Origin: a virus
Lineage: Duplodnaviria > Caudoviricetes
IMG/VR virus record: IMGVR_UViG_3300013026_000006
Location: 1-25,767 of that record
Length of the DNA: 25,767 nt
Direction: 5' to 3' (one strand)
Positions 17,261 through 25,130 of this stretch are shown here, one piece after another (positions within the stretch are counted from its first letter, which is position 1; each line of letters starts with the position of its first letter). The translations under genes and the position numbers were made by a program. A model generated the notes under the pieces. That model made no database searches. It was given only the letters and a program-made list of their open reading frames with translations, and had not been told where the DNA came from.

Positions 17261-17612
17261 GTAGGCAATTTTGTTGGCAAGAAAATGATTTAACTCATTT
17301 TCATGAACTGCCTACATTTTGTCTACGCTCCAAAAAATATAGTTGAATATTGGTAGATATTGAAAGATAATAAAATAAATAACGATATCCTTACAAATTG
17401 ATATTTAACTAGATATTTTTGAATACTATGAGATATCATCGAATCTTTATAGGTTTATTTGTCCCACAGGAAGCCTTCATGGCTGTTCTGAAAATGGATG
17501 AGGACGAACCTAAGAAGAAATAAGGGTTTGTTTGAAAATGAACCATCAAAATGCTTTGTGTTTTCATAATTTGCCTACGATTTGCCTACGTCAGTTTGAT
17601 GTCGTAGGCAAA
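17260..17612. mobile_element. attP-configured attachment site with arm-type repeats (consensus TTGCCTAC)
   Basis: Repeats at about 17261, 17273, 17308, 17318 (left) and 17570, 17581, 17603 (right) flank the lepA-like core; adjacent to integrase 3' end. Confidence 0.8.
17461..17523 (+). pseudogene. lepA: 3' end fragment of lepA (EF4), att core homology
   Basis: Translates VPQEAFMAVLKMDEDEPKKK*, the recognisable LepA C-terminus; no upstream lepA sequence. Confidence 0.85.
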
Positions 17613-17627
17613 TTTTGCTTTTTCCAG

Positions 17628-18773
17628 CTATCCGAGGACGCCAGAAATAATATCTGTTAGTTCGTTTTTCATCTTTTTCGTAACATGTGTGTACGTATCT
17701 AGCGTTGTCGAAATCCGACTGTGGCCTAATCTTTCTTGTACAGCTTTTGGCTTGGCTCCATTTTCTAGTAAGAGGGTGGCGTGGGTATGCCTTAGAGAAT
17801 GATAATGGAATCTGAAACCAAGCTCTTTGCTGATTTTTGAACAATTCCATTTGATCGAGTTCGGTGTTACTGGTTCGCCGTTGGCTTTTGTACAAACCCA
17901 ATCGCTATTATAGTAATACTTCCTATGAAGCAGGCGGTTTTCCATCTGTCTTTTTTTGTGTGTTTTTAATTCTTTAAATAGGGTTTCATCTGCCGGAATC
18001 GTGCGATAGCTTGCTTGTGTCTTTGGTGTGCCCACAAGGATGCCATTTTTATCTTGCGTCATACTCTTGCTTATTGTTATTGTCCTGTCCTCAAAAGAAA
18101 CATCTGACCAAGTTAACGCACAAACTTCACCACGTCTTAGGCCGGTATGCATTCCTATGACGAGGGGAATGTGGAAGGGGTCAGCAGGAGGGGTGCGTTT
18201 CAGTATTTGGTCATACTGATCAACAGAGATGATTCCCATATCACTGCGGGTAACTTGATGCTGCTGATCGTATACTGGCGGCTCTACATATTGCATCGGA
18301 TTTTCCCTTATAAGTTTCCATGGATAGACCGCTTTTTTAAAGGCACCACCAAGTACTGTGATGATAATTTCCACACTGTGTTTTGCGAGCTTTTTGTCAG
18401 TACCGTTAAAGGTAGGGAGGCTGTCTACAAATTCTTGAAGCATTTCAGGGCCCGCTGATTTTAGCTTGTATTTTCCGATGCCGGGCTTGATGTACTTGTC
18501 AATGATGTTCCGGTAATTCTTTTGGGTGTTGTATTTGAGTTTTCTTTCTACATGGTTTGTAAACCAGTAGTCGAAGTAATCAGCAACACTAATATTCGAA
18601 AGCTTAATGACATCTCCGTTTTCATATTGTTTCATGGCTTCACGCATTGCTTCGTAAGCTTCCGCTTTTGTATTCCCGCCGACTCTTTCTATACGTTTTC
18701 GTTTCCCTTCGACAGAAGCTGCCTCGAAAGAATAGTACCATTTAGAGCCTCTTTTTCTTACGTGTCCTTCCAT
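17628..18773 (-). CDS. int: Tyrosine integrase
   Basis: TGLRRGE, HSLRHTHA, LGHS...TLDTY catalytic motifs; N-terminal arm-binding domain. Confidence 0.95.
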   Translation of the reverse strand: MEGHVRKRGSKWYYSFEAASVEGKRKRIERVGGNTKAEAYEAMREAMKQYENGDVIKLSNISVADYFDYWFTNHVERKLKYNTQKNYRNIIDKYIKPGIGKYKLKSAGPEMLQEFVDSLPTFNGTDKKLAKHSVEIIITVLGGAFKKAVYPWKLIRENPMQYVEPPVYDQQHQVTRSDMGIISVDQYDQILKRTPPADPFHIPLVIGMHTGLRRGEVCALTWSDVSFEDRTITISKSMTQDKNGILVGTPKTQASYRTIPADETLFKELKTHKKRQMENRLLHRKYYYNSDWVCTKANGEPVTPNSIKWNCSKISKELGFRFHYHSLRHTHATLLLENGAKPKAVQERLGHSRISTTLDTYTHVTKKMKNELTDIISGVLG

Positions 18774-18821
18774 AATTATCTTTCCTTTCTTCGTTTTGTA
18801 TCATTCAAGCCTAAAAATATA

Positions 18822-18835
18822 CAAACTGGTGTTCG
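18822..18835 (-). promoter_or_regulatory. Putative Firmicutes LexA (SOS) box upstream of int
   Basis: Minus strand CGAAC-ACCA-GTTTG fits CGAAC-N4-GTTYG. Confidence 0.55.
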
Positions 18836-18873
18836 TTTTGTGAGTAAAAAGAAAAGGCCGAAGCCGTTTCTTG

Positions 18874-18882
18874 TGATATAAT
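18874..18882 (+). promoter_or_regulatory. Extended -10 promoter divergent from int
   Basis: TGaTATAAT about 40 nt upstream of ATG 18921. Confidence 0.6.
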
Positions 18883-18920
18883 TGGTTGTATATGGAAACA
18901 ACCAATTGGAGGTGTATTAC

Positions 18921-19133
18921 ATGATTTCAATCAATGAGTTCCCTCAATACGAGATTGAGGGCGATACAGTACAAGATTTAATTAATCTCTTAGTAAAACT
19001 CGATCCTAACAAAAAACTTTACTTTCTAAAGGTTTCATACGATGGCAATGAAGTGCGCGACGTATACAATTTAACTCCTACAAAAAGCGAAACTATAGAC
19101 GGTACTGAAGACGGATATACTATTGTTCTCTAA
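18921..19133 (+). CDS. Small acidic hypothetical protein (70 aa)
   Basis: RBS GGAGGTG before ATG 18921; own promoter. Confidence 0.75.
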   Translation: MISINEFPQYEIEGDTVQDLINLLVKLDPNKKLYFLKVSYDGNEVRDVYNLTPTKSETIDGTEDGYTIVL

Positions 19134-19554
19134 AGTATTCAGAATTTACAATGAGTTCTGTAATGTCTTTTCTCTTGTTCAACCTATTGTTTATAGCTAA
19201 CAAATCATCAAAGGAAGGCAGATTATCATCCGAAAAATCAGTATTCAAAGATAGACTAGTATATACATCAGATGAGATTACTAGTGCGCTTGGATATTTT
19301 TCTTGTAACAGCCTTACTTTACTAGCATTAAAAATCCAGATTGCAGGAAATAAAAGCGCAGGGTCATCTTCCGGCGAACTAGGTATTTCTTTAAAATCCT
19401 GATAAATTGTGCGGATATAGTCGTAAATTCGATAGCCCATATCTGCACATTCTTTCTTCGTGATAATTTTCCCTGCGTGGTAGACATTATTTCTAAGTTT
19501 CTTATCGTCATCGTCAATATATTTTTTATTTGAATTTTTCTTATCCTTCACATC
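19120..19554 (-). pseudogene. 3' part of interrupted lysogeny-module gene
   Basis: Open frame DVKDKK...EYFREQ*; its nominal ATG (19569) lies within the inserted cassette. Confidence 0.75.
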
Positions 19555-19650
19555 GAGCTGAAAGAGCATGACAAGCGATTAGATGGCCAAAAAGAAAAAA
19601 TTATCGAGCATGAGCAACAGCTTAGAACACTATTTAAAGAGAGAGGGTAA
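19552..19650 (+). pseudogene. 3' remnant of a pre-holin gene at the left edge of the inserted cassette
   Basis: IELKEHDKRLDGQKEKIIEHEQQLRTLFKERG* aligns with DELRVHDERLDRHSEQLVSHDEQLKTLFKGG of 15200..15508. Confidence 0.8.
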
Positions 19651-19654
19651 TAAC

Positions 19655-19870
19655 ATGCAACTAAACGACAAAACTTACACAATCATTAAATGGGTGGTGC
19701 TTACTGTATTACCAGCATTAAGCGTACTTGTGGGCGTGCTAGGAAAGGCTTACGGCTTTGAGTATACAGATATTACGGTGTTGACAATTAACGCCGTAGC
19801 GGTATTTCTAGGCGCTGTAACGGGAGTAAGTGCAATTAATTACAATAAGCAAAATGGGGAGGAAAAATAA
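19655..19870 (+). CDS. Holin 2
   Basis: [21 protein letters not shown]; paralog of holin 1; RBS GAGGG. Confidence 0.88.
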   Translation: MQLNDKTYTIIKWVVLTVLPALSVLVGVLGKAYGFEYTDITVLTINAVAVFLGAVTGVSAINYNKQNGEEK

Positions 19871-20640
19871 TGGCATACACAGTAAAGCAACAAATTCGCC
19901 AAGGTTTACCACAGGTTGGCGTGAAGCCTTACAGACAAGTCCACGCTCATTCCACAGGAAATCCCAATTCAACTGCTCAAAACGAAGCGGATTACCATGA
20001 TAGACGACCAGTGGAAAGTGGCTTTTTTCAGTACGTTGTCGGCGATGGTGTAGCGATTCAGACAGCTCCTCTCAACATGGGCGCATATGATGTTGGTGGC
20101 GGTTGGAATGCCGAAACTTTTGCAGCAGTAGAGCTTATCGAGTCACACAAGACAAGAGCAGAGTTCGAGCGTGATTATGCTATCTATTGCGAGTTGTTAA
20201 GGGACTTGGCGAACAAAGGTGGTATTCCGGTCACGCTAGATACAAATGATTTGGCAGGTATTAAAACGCATAATTATTGTACGCATCATCAACCTAACAA
20301 TTTTAGTGACCACGTAGACCCACTACCATACTTGGCTAAATGGGGCATCACGCTAGAGCAATTTCGAAATGACGTGTGTAATAGTATTACATCAAAAACA
20401 ACAACAGCAGAAGAACAAACAATACAAAAAAAGAAAGTAGGAGATATTATGTTATTGTTTAGAAACGAAAACTCAGCAGAAGTTTATTGGTTAATTGGGA
20501 ACAAATATACACACATTAAATCAGAGAGAGAACTAGAAAAAGTTAAAATCTTGATGAATAAAGCAGGTTATGACACTTGGATTCACACGGATAGTGACCA
20601 AATCAAATATATCAAAAAATTGGCAGACGAAATCAAATAA
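19870..20640 (+). CDS. Endolysin 2 (amidase), intact
   Basis: HAHSTGN, VELIES, DHVDP; full C-terminal domain; RBS GGAGG. Confidence 0.9.
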   Translation: MAYTVKQQIRQGLPQVGVKPYRQVHAHSTGNPNSTAQNEADYHDRRPVESGFFQYVVGDGVAIQTAPLNMGAYDVGGGWNAETFAAVELIESHKTRAEFERDYAIYCELLRDLANKGGIPVTLDTNDLAGIKTHNYCTHHQPNNFSDHVDPLPYLAKWGITLEQFRNDVCNSITSKTTTAEEQTIQKKKVGDIMLLFRNENSAEVYWLIGNKYTHIKSERELEKVKILMNKAGYDTWIHTDSDQIKYIKKLADEIK

Positions 20641-20645
20641 ACAAA

Positions 20646-20677
20646 TCCCCATCTCAATCCGAGGTGGGGTTATTTTT
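20646..20677 (+). terminator. Rho-independent terminator
   Basis: CCCCATCTC-aatcc-GAGGTGGGG followed by T tract. Confidence 0.8.
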
Positions 20678-20685
20678 GTTTATCA

Positions 20686-20751
20686 ATCCCCGTTTCGGTA
20701 ACTTTCCAAAGCAAACTTCAAATCGTCTTCCCGTTCTTTTTTGGTTGCCAT
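20686..20751 (-). pseudogene. 5' part (22 codons) of interrupted lysogeny-module gene
   Basis: RBS AGGAGG, then MATKKEREDDLKFALESYRNGD and an immediate stop in inserted DNA. Confidence 0.75.
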
Positions 20752-20822
20752 ACCAAAAACCTCCTACACATTTTCATTTTTTTGCTCCCACTTAATGGCA
20801 GGTAGACTGTCGCCAAAATAAA

Positions 20823-21518
20823 CTACATTTTATCTGTCGGTATAACTCCATATAAAAATGTCCCTAGAATACAAACGTCTAATTCATCCTCATCCTTGAT
20901 ATATTCCCAAGGAGAGTGAAATTTAGAGAATGAGAGAGGAGTAAACTTGATTCCTTTTTCTGTCTTCGTGACCTGTTTTAAAGTAGCGTCATCGCCGTTG
21001 ATCGTAACAGCGCAGATATCTCCGCTTTCCCAATCGCAAGTACGGTGCACAACTGCAATAGCGCCATCAGGGATAATTCGGTTCATGCTGTCCCCGTTTA
21101 TTTTGAGGGCGAACAAGTCCTTTTTGCCATACCGTTTAATAGTAGACGGTTGGATAAACAACTCGCCTTCGTGGTCGCTAACCAAGCCGGCAGGGGCAGA
21201 AGCAGCTATTCTTCCTAGTACTGGGATTGAGTTGTCTTCTGGAATTGCATCTCCCAAAGGAATTACATTTGATGGGCGTTGTTTGATATATCCAGCTAAT
21301 TCCATCAAATCGGAATAAGTAGTTTTACCCACATAAGCTTCAGCTAAAATTTTCAAAGCTTCAGGGGTAGGGTTGATAGGTGTTCCTCTGCGACTAACTC
21401 CCTTTTCTAAATCAGATATATAGGAATGGCTAAGTCTTCCGCCGACGCGATCAGACACCGAACGCAGAGATTCTTTTCCTCGTAATCGACGTAAATAGTC
21501 TCCTAGATTGTTCGACAT
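20823..21518 (-). CDS. cI: CI-like repressor (HTH plus S24 peptidase)
   Basis: SYISDLEKG HTH; GDSM and ATLK catalytic Ser/Lys; RBS GGAGGTGG before 21518. Confidence 0.92.
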   Translation of the reverse strand: MSNNLGDYLRRLRGKESLRSVSDRVGGRLSHSYISDLEKGVSRRGTPINPTPEALKILAEAYVGKTTYSDLMELAGYIKQRPSNVIPLGDAIPEDNSIPVLGRIAASAPAGLVSDHEGELFIQPSTIKRYGKKDLFALKINGDSMNRIIPDGAIAVVHRTCDWESGDICAVTINGDDATLKQVTKTEKGIKFTPLSFSKFHSPWEYIKDEDELDVCILGTFLYGVIPTDKM

Positions 21519-21540
21519 GTTTTCCACCTCCTGAAATAAG

Positions 21541-21641
21541 TGTAATGCATAGCATACAAAAATAATACAAAAAAAGTGTAGTTCATTGTTGACATTATGT
21601 AGTACATGGTTTACAATAGTTTTTGTAAGATATGACGTACA
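21541..21641. promoter_or_regulatory. Genetic switch: four 18-bp operators and rightward promoter
   Basis: TGTA-N10-(T/G)ACA at 21541, 21577, 21598, 21624; TTGACA(21589)-17 bp-TACAAT(21612). Confidence 0.8.
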
Positions 21642-21660
21642 CAAGAAAGGAGCTAAGCTT

Positions 21661-21885
21661 ATGCAAAACTTAGTCCGCCAAAAAAGGCTTGCGAAAGGTT
21701 TAAATCAAACCGAACTAGCTGAGATGGCGCAAATTTCAAGACCGTATCTTGCGGGCATCGAAAAAGGAAACAACATGCCTGGAACTGCGGTTGCTATTTC
21801 TATCGCTAAAGCATTGGATACGACAGTGGAAGCTATTTTTTTAACCAAGATGTCGTACAAAGACGACAAGGAGGTAGCAAAATGA
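21661..21885 (+). CDS. cro: Cro-like XRE regulator
   Basis: LNQTELAEMAQISRPYLAGIEKG HTH; divergent from cI; RBS AAAGGAG. Confidence 0.88.
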   Translation: MQNLVRQKRLAKGLNQTELAEMAQISRPYLAGIEKGNNMPGTAVAISIAKALDTTVEAIFLTKMSYKDDKEVAK

Positions 21886-22034
21886 CCAAACAAGAAAAAA
21901 TCAACTTAATACTCGATGCACGTCCTCGTCTGGTGCATATCATCAAATGTGCTAACGACGATCAACTGGATAGATTGGTCGAGGAAGTCCAAAAAGAGCT
22001 AGAGCGTGAACTTGATGAAGCGGCTTTCGCTTAA
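21882..22034 (+). CDS. Small hypothetical protein (50 aa, MTKQEKINLIL...)
   Basis: RBS AGGAGGT; ATGA overlap with cro. Confidence 0.75.
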   Translation: MTKQEKINLILDARPRLVHIIKCANDDQLDRLVEEVQKELERELDEAAFA

Positions 22035-22098
22035 TTAACAGTTTATGGCAGTTCGACAGCTATGAAAATTGACAACTAAATACAAAGGAGATGATTCC

Positions 22099-22626
22099 AT
22101 GGCTTTATCAAAAATCGAAACCACGGTAGCCGCTATTTTCCGAAAAGAAGTAGACCGGCAAGACATCAACCAACGAGAGATGGCGCAAGACTTGCACGAT
22201 TCGCCACAGAATATTAGCCATAAACTTAATGGCAGACGGCGACTTGATCTAGATGGCGTGGTTAACTTCGCTGAATACCTACAAGATTCCGACACGGACT
22301 TCGAGGTAGCGGCTACTTTATTTCACACACCGCGACCTCTAAACAGGAAACGGCGTGATCGGCACCCGCTATCAAAAATGGTTGGACAGGACAAGGAAGA
22401 AGCCGAAAGAATCGAGGCGGAAAAACGGCTAGAAATTTGGGATTTGCTAAGTATTCCCAATGAGGAATTGACGCCTGTAGAACGCGAGAAACTTCTGGAA
22501 TGGCTTCTTGAAGTAAAGGACGAGATTTCAAGCGAGATTGCGGTTTTTACTTCTGCGTGTGAGCGATACGCCTTTGACAGCCGGGAGGTAATCAGATTAG
22601 CAGAAAGCAGAGAAAGGAATGATTAA
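22099..22626 (+). CDS. XRE-family HTH regulator
   Basis: INQREMAQDLHDSPQNISHKLNG HTH; RBS AAAGGAG. Confidence 0.78.
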   Translation: MALSKIETTVAAIFRKEVDRQDINQREMAQDLHDSPQNISHKLNGRRRLDLDGVVNFAEYLQDSDTDFEVAATLFHTPRPLNRKRRDRHPLSKMVGQDKEEAERIEAEKRLEIWDLLSIPNEELTPVEREKLLEWLLEVKDEISSEIAVFTSACERYAFDSREVIRLAESRERND

Positions 22627-22628
22627 GA

Positions 22629-22889
22629 ATGGCGATGGTGTACACACTACCCGAATTAGCGGCCGAGTACAAAACATCCAAGGACAAGATTTACATCTTA
22701 GAAGAGCTTGGAGAAATCAAGAGTATTAGATTTAGCTCTCAGAAAGTCGTGAGTGTTTTTGAAGCTGAGAGATTTTTAAAAGAAAATAGCGGACGAAGTT
22801 TTGAGAAGATCATCAAAGAGGCTCAAAAGCGAAAGGAATTGGAGAAGTTGAATAAGAACGTGATCGAAATGAAAGAGGTGGCGAGATGA
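22629..22889 (+). CDS. Excisionase-like DNA-binding protein
   Basis: VYTLPELA...IYILEELGEIKSIRF winged-HTH pattern. Confidence 0.6.
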   Translation: MAMVYTLPELAAEYKTSKDKIYILEELGEIKSIRFSSQKVVSVFEAERFLKENSGRSFEKIIKEAQKRKELEKLNKNVIEMKEVAR

Positions 22890-23086
22890 CTAACGATCCT
22901 ATGACGAGAATACTTTTTGCAACAGGTGTTTGCATCGGCTGTGTGGCCTTCGCTTTTATGGGCTTTGTAAATATCGTGATAACTGTGCTATTTGTTGGCT
23001 TTTCCCTGCTCATATACTCCTCAGTGCAATTTGGTAAGTACTTGGGGTACAAAGAAAAAAAGACCGCTAGCCGTCCAAAGCTGTAG
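22886..23086 (+). CDS. Small membrane protein
   Basis: Two hydrophobic segments; RBS GAGGTGG. Confidence 0.7.
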   Translation: MTNDPMTRILFATGVCIGCVAFAFMGFVNIVITVLFVGFSLLIYSSVQFGKYLGYKEKKTASRPKL

Positions 23087-23153
23087 CGATCTTCATCAAA
23101 GTAATTTAGAAAATAACTTTGCTTAATTTTATCACGAAATGAGGGCTGAAACA

Positions 23154-23279
23154 ATGTTTACCACAGCTACTTTTAATTATGATCGTGCAATGGCTGATGA
23201 GAGCTATTACGGATTTACAAACACACTTTGCCAAGTTTGGGAAGACGAGCAGGAGGAAGACGATGAGGACAAAGAGTAA
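23154..23279 (+). CDS. Small acidic protein (41 aa, ...WEDEQEEDDEDKE)
   Basis: Translated by eye; RBS GAGGG; overlaps YqaJ start. Confidence 0.6.
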   Translation: MFTTATFNYDRAMADESYYGFTNTLCQVWEDEQEEDDEDKE

Positions 23280-24216
23280 ATCAACTTTAGACATGAGCCA
23301 CAACGAGTGGCTATTAGACCGGCAAAAAGGTATTGGCGGCTCGGATGTTGCAACAATTCTAGGGCTAAATAAATGGAAATCTGCTTATCAACTTTGGCTA
23401 GAGAAAACGGGGCAGATTACTTTAGATGATAACGCTGGCGAGGCGGCTTATTGGGGAACAGCATTAGAGCCGTTGGTTGCAAACCGTTTTTCAGAAGTTA
23501 CTGGAAAAAAAGTGCGCCGGAGGAATCGTGTATTTGAGCACCCGCTACATCCTTTCTTGAGAGCAAATATTGATAGAGACATCATCGGAGAAGAGGCAAT
23601 TCTCGAATGTAAGACTGCTAACCAATTTTTGGCTAAGGACTGGGAAGGTGACGAAATCCCACTCCAATATATTTGTCAAGTACAGCACTACATGAATGTG
23701 CTGAATAAAGATTATGCCTATTTTGCAGTATTGATTGGGGGACAGCGGTTCTTATGGAAGCGAATCGACCGCGATCAAGAGCTAATAGACACTATTACGG
23801 AAAGGTTAGTTGAATTTTGGGAAGAGAACGTTGTGAAAGGTGTTGCCCCAGAGATAGATGGGAGTGATGCAACGAGTGAGTTCCTTCGAAGTCAATATAG
23901 TGATCCAGGAGATAACGAAATTGAATTGCCGTCTAGATTCGATGATCTTGCTAAGCTTAAGAATGATTACAAGGACCAGATCAAAGAATTGAAGGAACGG
24001 TGCACTGAGGTGGACAACCAAGTCATCCAGCTATTTGCGCAGAAAGAGGCTCGTGTTGGCTATGCGCCGTCTTTTATCTACACCTATAAGCCGCAATCAC
24101 GGACAACTTTCCAGCGGAAAGTATTAGAACAGAAGTACCCTGAAGTTGCGAGTGACCCTGAATTATACTCTACGACTGAAAAGCCAGTTCTACGTGTGAA
24201 AGAGATCAAAATCTAA
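23263..24216 (+). CDS. YqaJ-family viral exonuclease
   Basis: WLLDRQKGIGGSD, RANIDR, ILECKT, YICQVQHYM; RBS AGGAGG. Confidence 0.92.
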   Translation: MRTKSKSTLDMSHNEWLLDRQKGIGGSDVATILGLNKWKSAYQLWLEKTGQITLDDNAGEAAYWGTALEPLVANRFSEVTGKKVRRRNRVFEHPLHPFLRANIDRDIIGEEAILECKTANQFLAKDWEGDEIPLQYICQVQHYMNVLNKDYAYFAVLIGGQRFLWKRIDRDQELIDTITERLVEFWEENVVKGVAPEIDGSDATSEFLRSQYSDPGDNEIELPSRFDDLAKLKNDYKDQIKELKERCTEVDNQVIQLFAQKEARVGYAPSFIYTYKPQSRTTFQRKVLEQKYPEVASDPELYSTTEKPVLRVKEIKI

Positions 24217-24249
24217 TGTTTGCGGATTATCCGCCGAAGGGAGAAAAAA

Positions 24250-25089
24250 ATGGCAACAAATCAATCAGCAATTAACGAACTTACCAAACCAAACAAGAAG
24301 CAACTGACACCGGAGCAACAGCTCAATCATACATTGACACTTATGGGGCCTGAAATCCAACGAGCACTACCAAAGCATATGAATGCTGATAGAATCGCTC
24401 GTATTGCGTTAACAGCAGTTAGGAATACGCCAAAGCTATTGCAGACTGATCAGAAGTCCTTCTTAGCGGCACTGATGCAATCCTCTCAATTAGGGCTGGA
24501 ACCTAACACACCTTTAGGACAAGCATATTTGATCCCCTATGGCAATCAGACACAGTTCCAATTAGGTTATCAAGGCTTACTGGATCTTGCGTATCGAACG
24601 GGAGAGTATCAGGTCATTTACGCGAAAGAAGTATATAGCAACGATGATTTCAAATATGAATATGGCTTGAACCCTGATTTGAAACATGTTCCTGCTATGG
24701 AACCAGAGGGGGACCCTGTTGGATACTATGCTGTCTACCGGCTGAAGAATGGCGGTTATAGCTTCGAATACTGGCCAAAACAGAAGGTATTGCTACATGC
24801 TAAAAAGTTTAGTAAGTCATTCAATAATGGACCATGGAAAACGAATTTTGATGAGATGGCGAAAAAAACGGTTATTAAATCTCTTTTGAAATATGCGCCT
24901 AAATCGATCGAATTTGCCGAAGCGGTATCGAATGATGAAACAATTAAAACATTTGATCAAGAAAGCAAAGAGGTGATTGATGTTACTGATAGCTATCAGG
25001 AGAATCAAAATTTATTAGAAGAATCTAGCGATGAACCACAAACAGATTTATTCGACAGTAGCAATCCACCTTCAAAGGAAGAAAAATAA
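24250..25089 (+). CDS. recT: RecT-family single-strand annealing protein
   Basis: LGLEPNTPLGQAYLIPY, FQLGYQGLLDLAYR, PWKTNFDEMAKKTVIK. Confidence 0.92.
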   Translation: MATNQSAINELTKPNKKQLTPEQQLNHTLTLMGPEIQRALPKHMNADRIARIALTAVRNTPKLLQTDQKSFLAALMQSSQLGLEPNTPLGQAYLIPYGNQTQFQLGYQGLLDLAYRTGEYQVIYAKEVYSNDDFKYEYGLNPDLKHVPAMEPEGDPVGYYAVYRLKNGGYSFEYWPKQKVLLHAKKFSKSFNNGPWKTNFDEMAKKTVIKSLLKYAPKSIEFAEAVSNDETIKTFDQESKEVIDVTDSYQENQNLLEESSDEPQTDLFDSSNPPSKEEK

Positions 25090-25130
25090 CGTGAGGGAGC
25101 TAGTCTCCCTCTATGAATGGAGGAAATGCC

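Noticed and set aside
19583-19654. N-terminal extension of holin 2 (possible dual start)
   Set aside because: No RBS; it is the alternative frame of the pre-holin remnant
19552-20688. IS or transposon explanation of the insert
   Set aside because: No transposase or terminal inverted repeats; left end begins mid-gene; a 3-bp match alone is weak evidence of a target duplication
25093-25111. Hairpin GAGGGAG/CTCCCTC after recT as terminator
   Set aside because: No U tract; possibly a processing or stability hairpin, not supportable further
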